A DNA stretch of 64,000 nt. Source: Mobula hypostoma (Eukaryota). Positions 61,431 through 64,000 of this stretch are shown piece by piece. A model generated the notes under the pieces. It did no database searches and had not been told where the DNA came from. It saw only the letters and a list, made by a program, of their open reading frames with translations. The DNA lies in assembly GCF_963921235.1 (NCBI RefSeq), contig NC_086097.1, positions 213,096,001 through 213,160,000 on the forward strand, in the 5' to 3' direction. The position numbers and the translations under genes were made by a program. Positions within the stretch are counted from its first letter, which is position 1. The number at the start of each line of letters is the position of its first letter.

Positions 61431-62051
61431 CACTGATCTCCTAACAGTTCATAATTCAGGGCCAACATTTGAAAACAAATCTAAATAATCTCATAATAAT
61501 TCTCCCTCACTTTATTTTAAAAATTCATCCATAAAATTTATTGTAAAAGTACTATCCAACTGCCATATGGATATATTCGTTAGTTCATTTGCACCCTTTC
61601 TTCCTCTTCGCCTAAAGATGTCAATTCCATCTGGGATATAGTTCAATTATCCTTCAATTGTCCTGAGAGAAAATGCTCACAGGATATGTGACTGGACCGT
61701 TTGTTGCAAAATCTTACCCCTCTTCACTCAACCCCATCTTTCCTGAAGTCCAGAGACAGAAGCCAAGAAAACCTAAGGTCCATTTCCAAATCCCTTCTTT
61801 AAATATCTGATACCCATTGAGGGATGGTTTAGCAACCAACATAAACCATAAACTCTGATTTTTACAGCTATATGATTGCCACCCTGTTTCATAAAGAGTC
61901 CATTACATTCTGCCAGTGTCACCATCTCCATTGCATCTGCTTTTAAAAGGACTTCATCTTAACTCAACCTTAGTTTCCCCTCTATCATTGTTGAAAGCAG
62001 CCTTGACTATGTCTATTCCATTTCTGGCACATCTAGTCTCTCCCTTATATA

Positions 62052-62525
62052 AATGATTCCAGGATTAAACGGCGTGTCATATGAAGAGCGTATGATGGCT
62101 CTGGGCCTGTATTCACTAGACCTTAGAAGAATGGGGGGGTGACTTAATTGAAACCTACCAAATGGTGACAGGCCTTGATAGAGTGGATGTGGGGAGGATG
62201 CTTCCTCTGGTGGGAGAGTCTAAGACCAGAGGACACAACATCAGAATAGAAGGGCGTCCTTTTAGAATGGAGATGAGGAGGAATTTCTTCAGCCAGCGAG
62301 TGGTGAATATTTGGAATTTGTTGCCACAGGCAAACAGGAGGCTAAGTCTGTATGTATATTTAAGGCAGAGGTTGATAGATTCTTCATTGGTCAGAGCATG
62401 AAATGTTATGGGCAGAAGGCAGGAGATTGGGGCTGAGAGAAAAAATGGACCACCCATGATGAAATGGTGGAGCAGACTCGACAGGCCAAATGGCCTAATT
62501 CTGCTCCTATGTCTTACGGCCTTAA
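62052..62525 (+). mobile_element. CR1 3' fragment
   Basis: Encodes GESKTRGH…RRNFFSQRVVN.WN and has a CR1 tail. Confidence 0.88.
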
Positions 62526-63239
62526 AAATAGCACATAACTAAATTTGATCAGTTTCCCTTTGCACTTAAATAATGTATTATTTTCTATTTGATCTTCATC
62601 CATTCTGCACACAAGTTTATGGTATATATTCTGGCCTTTCTGAATAGGTTTCCACGGGTTTTCCTTATTGGCCCTCTAAAGATATCTGCCAGCTCACAAA
62701 TATCCCTAATTATCCCCAACCACAGTGCCTCCAACCAAACCAACATAGAACGTTGATGATACCAGGCAATCTGCATCTGGTCTTGTCTTAATTATCCTGA
62801 AGTGAGAAAATGAAATGCCTTCAGCCTTCAAACCCCAGGCCTCAAGTTCCACTGTAATCCAATCCCACTACATTCAAAGATTCATCCATTCCCTAAACAC
62901 AATGCTAAATTGCTCCAACACTAAAAGAATTTCTACACTGGTGTCCCATGGACATCAATATCTCCTAGGGAAGAATTCACAATACTCTTCCTTCACAGGA
63001 AGTTTCACTACCCAATTTATTTAAAACTGATAATCCCAATGGATCCATCAAAAAGCTCCAATCAATAACATCCTTGCATGACTCATGGATAGAAAATGAC
63101 TACAGGTACCTCAGAAGAAAAATAATGAAAAGAAAACGTGCTTTTGAAACTATTTTCACTTGAATGGGGATCATTAGCATATTGTGTAATACATATTTAT
63201 TGAGGTTCAAAACATCATTAAATATCACATTCTGCAGAA

Positions 63240-63800
63240 CACTAGCAATGGAATTGAGGATTCACTTCTGCTGAGAACCCCCTATCTGCTTCCCTTGGAA
63301 ATTAATGGCGAGGCCGTGTCCATGGTTGAGTCATTCAAAATCCTGGAGACCTCCAGTACCAATACATTGAAGTGGGACATGCACGTTACAATTATCACCA
63401 GGAAAGACCAGCAGAGAACACTCTTCCTATGCCAGCTTAGGAAGCTTAACATCTCAGGACGTATCTTGATGAATTTTTATTCAGCCATCATTGAGAGTGT
63501 TGTGACCACCTCTATCACCGTTTGGTTTCCCGCTACATCCTCCCTCTCCAAATTCAGGTTGCAGTAGGTGGTTCATTCAGTGGAGAAGATCATTGGCTGT
63601 CAGCTATCGACATTAAAAGACCAGTTCATCACCAGAGTGAAGAAAAGAGCTGAAAAAAAATCATTGCTGGTGAGACCTATCCTAGCAGTCACCTGTTCTC
63701 CGAATTGCCATCAGGGAGACACTACAAGTCCATCACCACCAGGACTACACATCATCTCTGAAGCTTCTTTCCTGTAGCAATCCAGCTTCTCAACAACTTC
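63240..63800 (+). mobile_element. Degraded Rex1/Babar fragment
   Basis: Encodes FL.QLRK.NIS..IL.NFYSAIIESV.T.SITVWF. Confidence 0.75.
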
Positions 63801-64000
63801 ACTCAGGTGCAATACCCTGACTGTCCCTGCACATCATCTGGCCAACAGTGAGATTCTGTGATTCCCCCAGTAGGGAACTTGCGAGCGAACAAGTCAGCTT
63901 CACCTTCAGTAGCCTCTCCCACTCCAACCCCCACCCCACTGACAAAAGCATAACATTTGATATTTGTTAAAATAATGGTTTTGATTTGAAGATATGCAAG

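Noticed and set aside
60110..64000. Further upstream CA8 exons (the IGKEH…QYK exon)
   Set aside because: I found no matching minus-strand coding sequence by eye; they are presumably beyond the window end.

Overview
Eukaryotic (vertebrate) DNA, about 40% GC by eye and dominated by retroelements. The repeat families (HER1/CR1-type LINEs, HE1-like SINEs, Rex1/Babar, Penelope-like elements) suggest a cartilaginous fish, probably a ray; this is inference. The only host gene I can support is the 3' end of CA8 (carbonic anhydrase-related protein VIII) on the minus strand. It has three GT-AG-bounded coding exons (59850-59898, 59624-59736, 46677-46811) that the ORF track misses, plus a splice donor 32 nt after the stop codon. 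Nearly all long ORFs in the track are retrotransposon fragments. The most unusual structures are: (i) a young 5'-truncated L1 in the last coding intron of CA8, sandwiched between two ~99.5% identical 1.45-kb direct repeats that look like a giant target-site duplication; (ii) a family of short Penelope-derived insertions with 10-17 bp TSDs, carrying minimal hammerhead ribozyme motifs (nine motifs, five with identical canonical cores, two of them on the CA8 sense strand); (iii) a 237-bp near-perfect inverted duplication of unique DNA placed inside a CR1; (iv) several bipartite non-autonomous LINE derivatives. Repeat boundaries are approximate unless a TSD or TIR is given.
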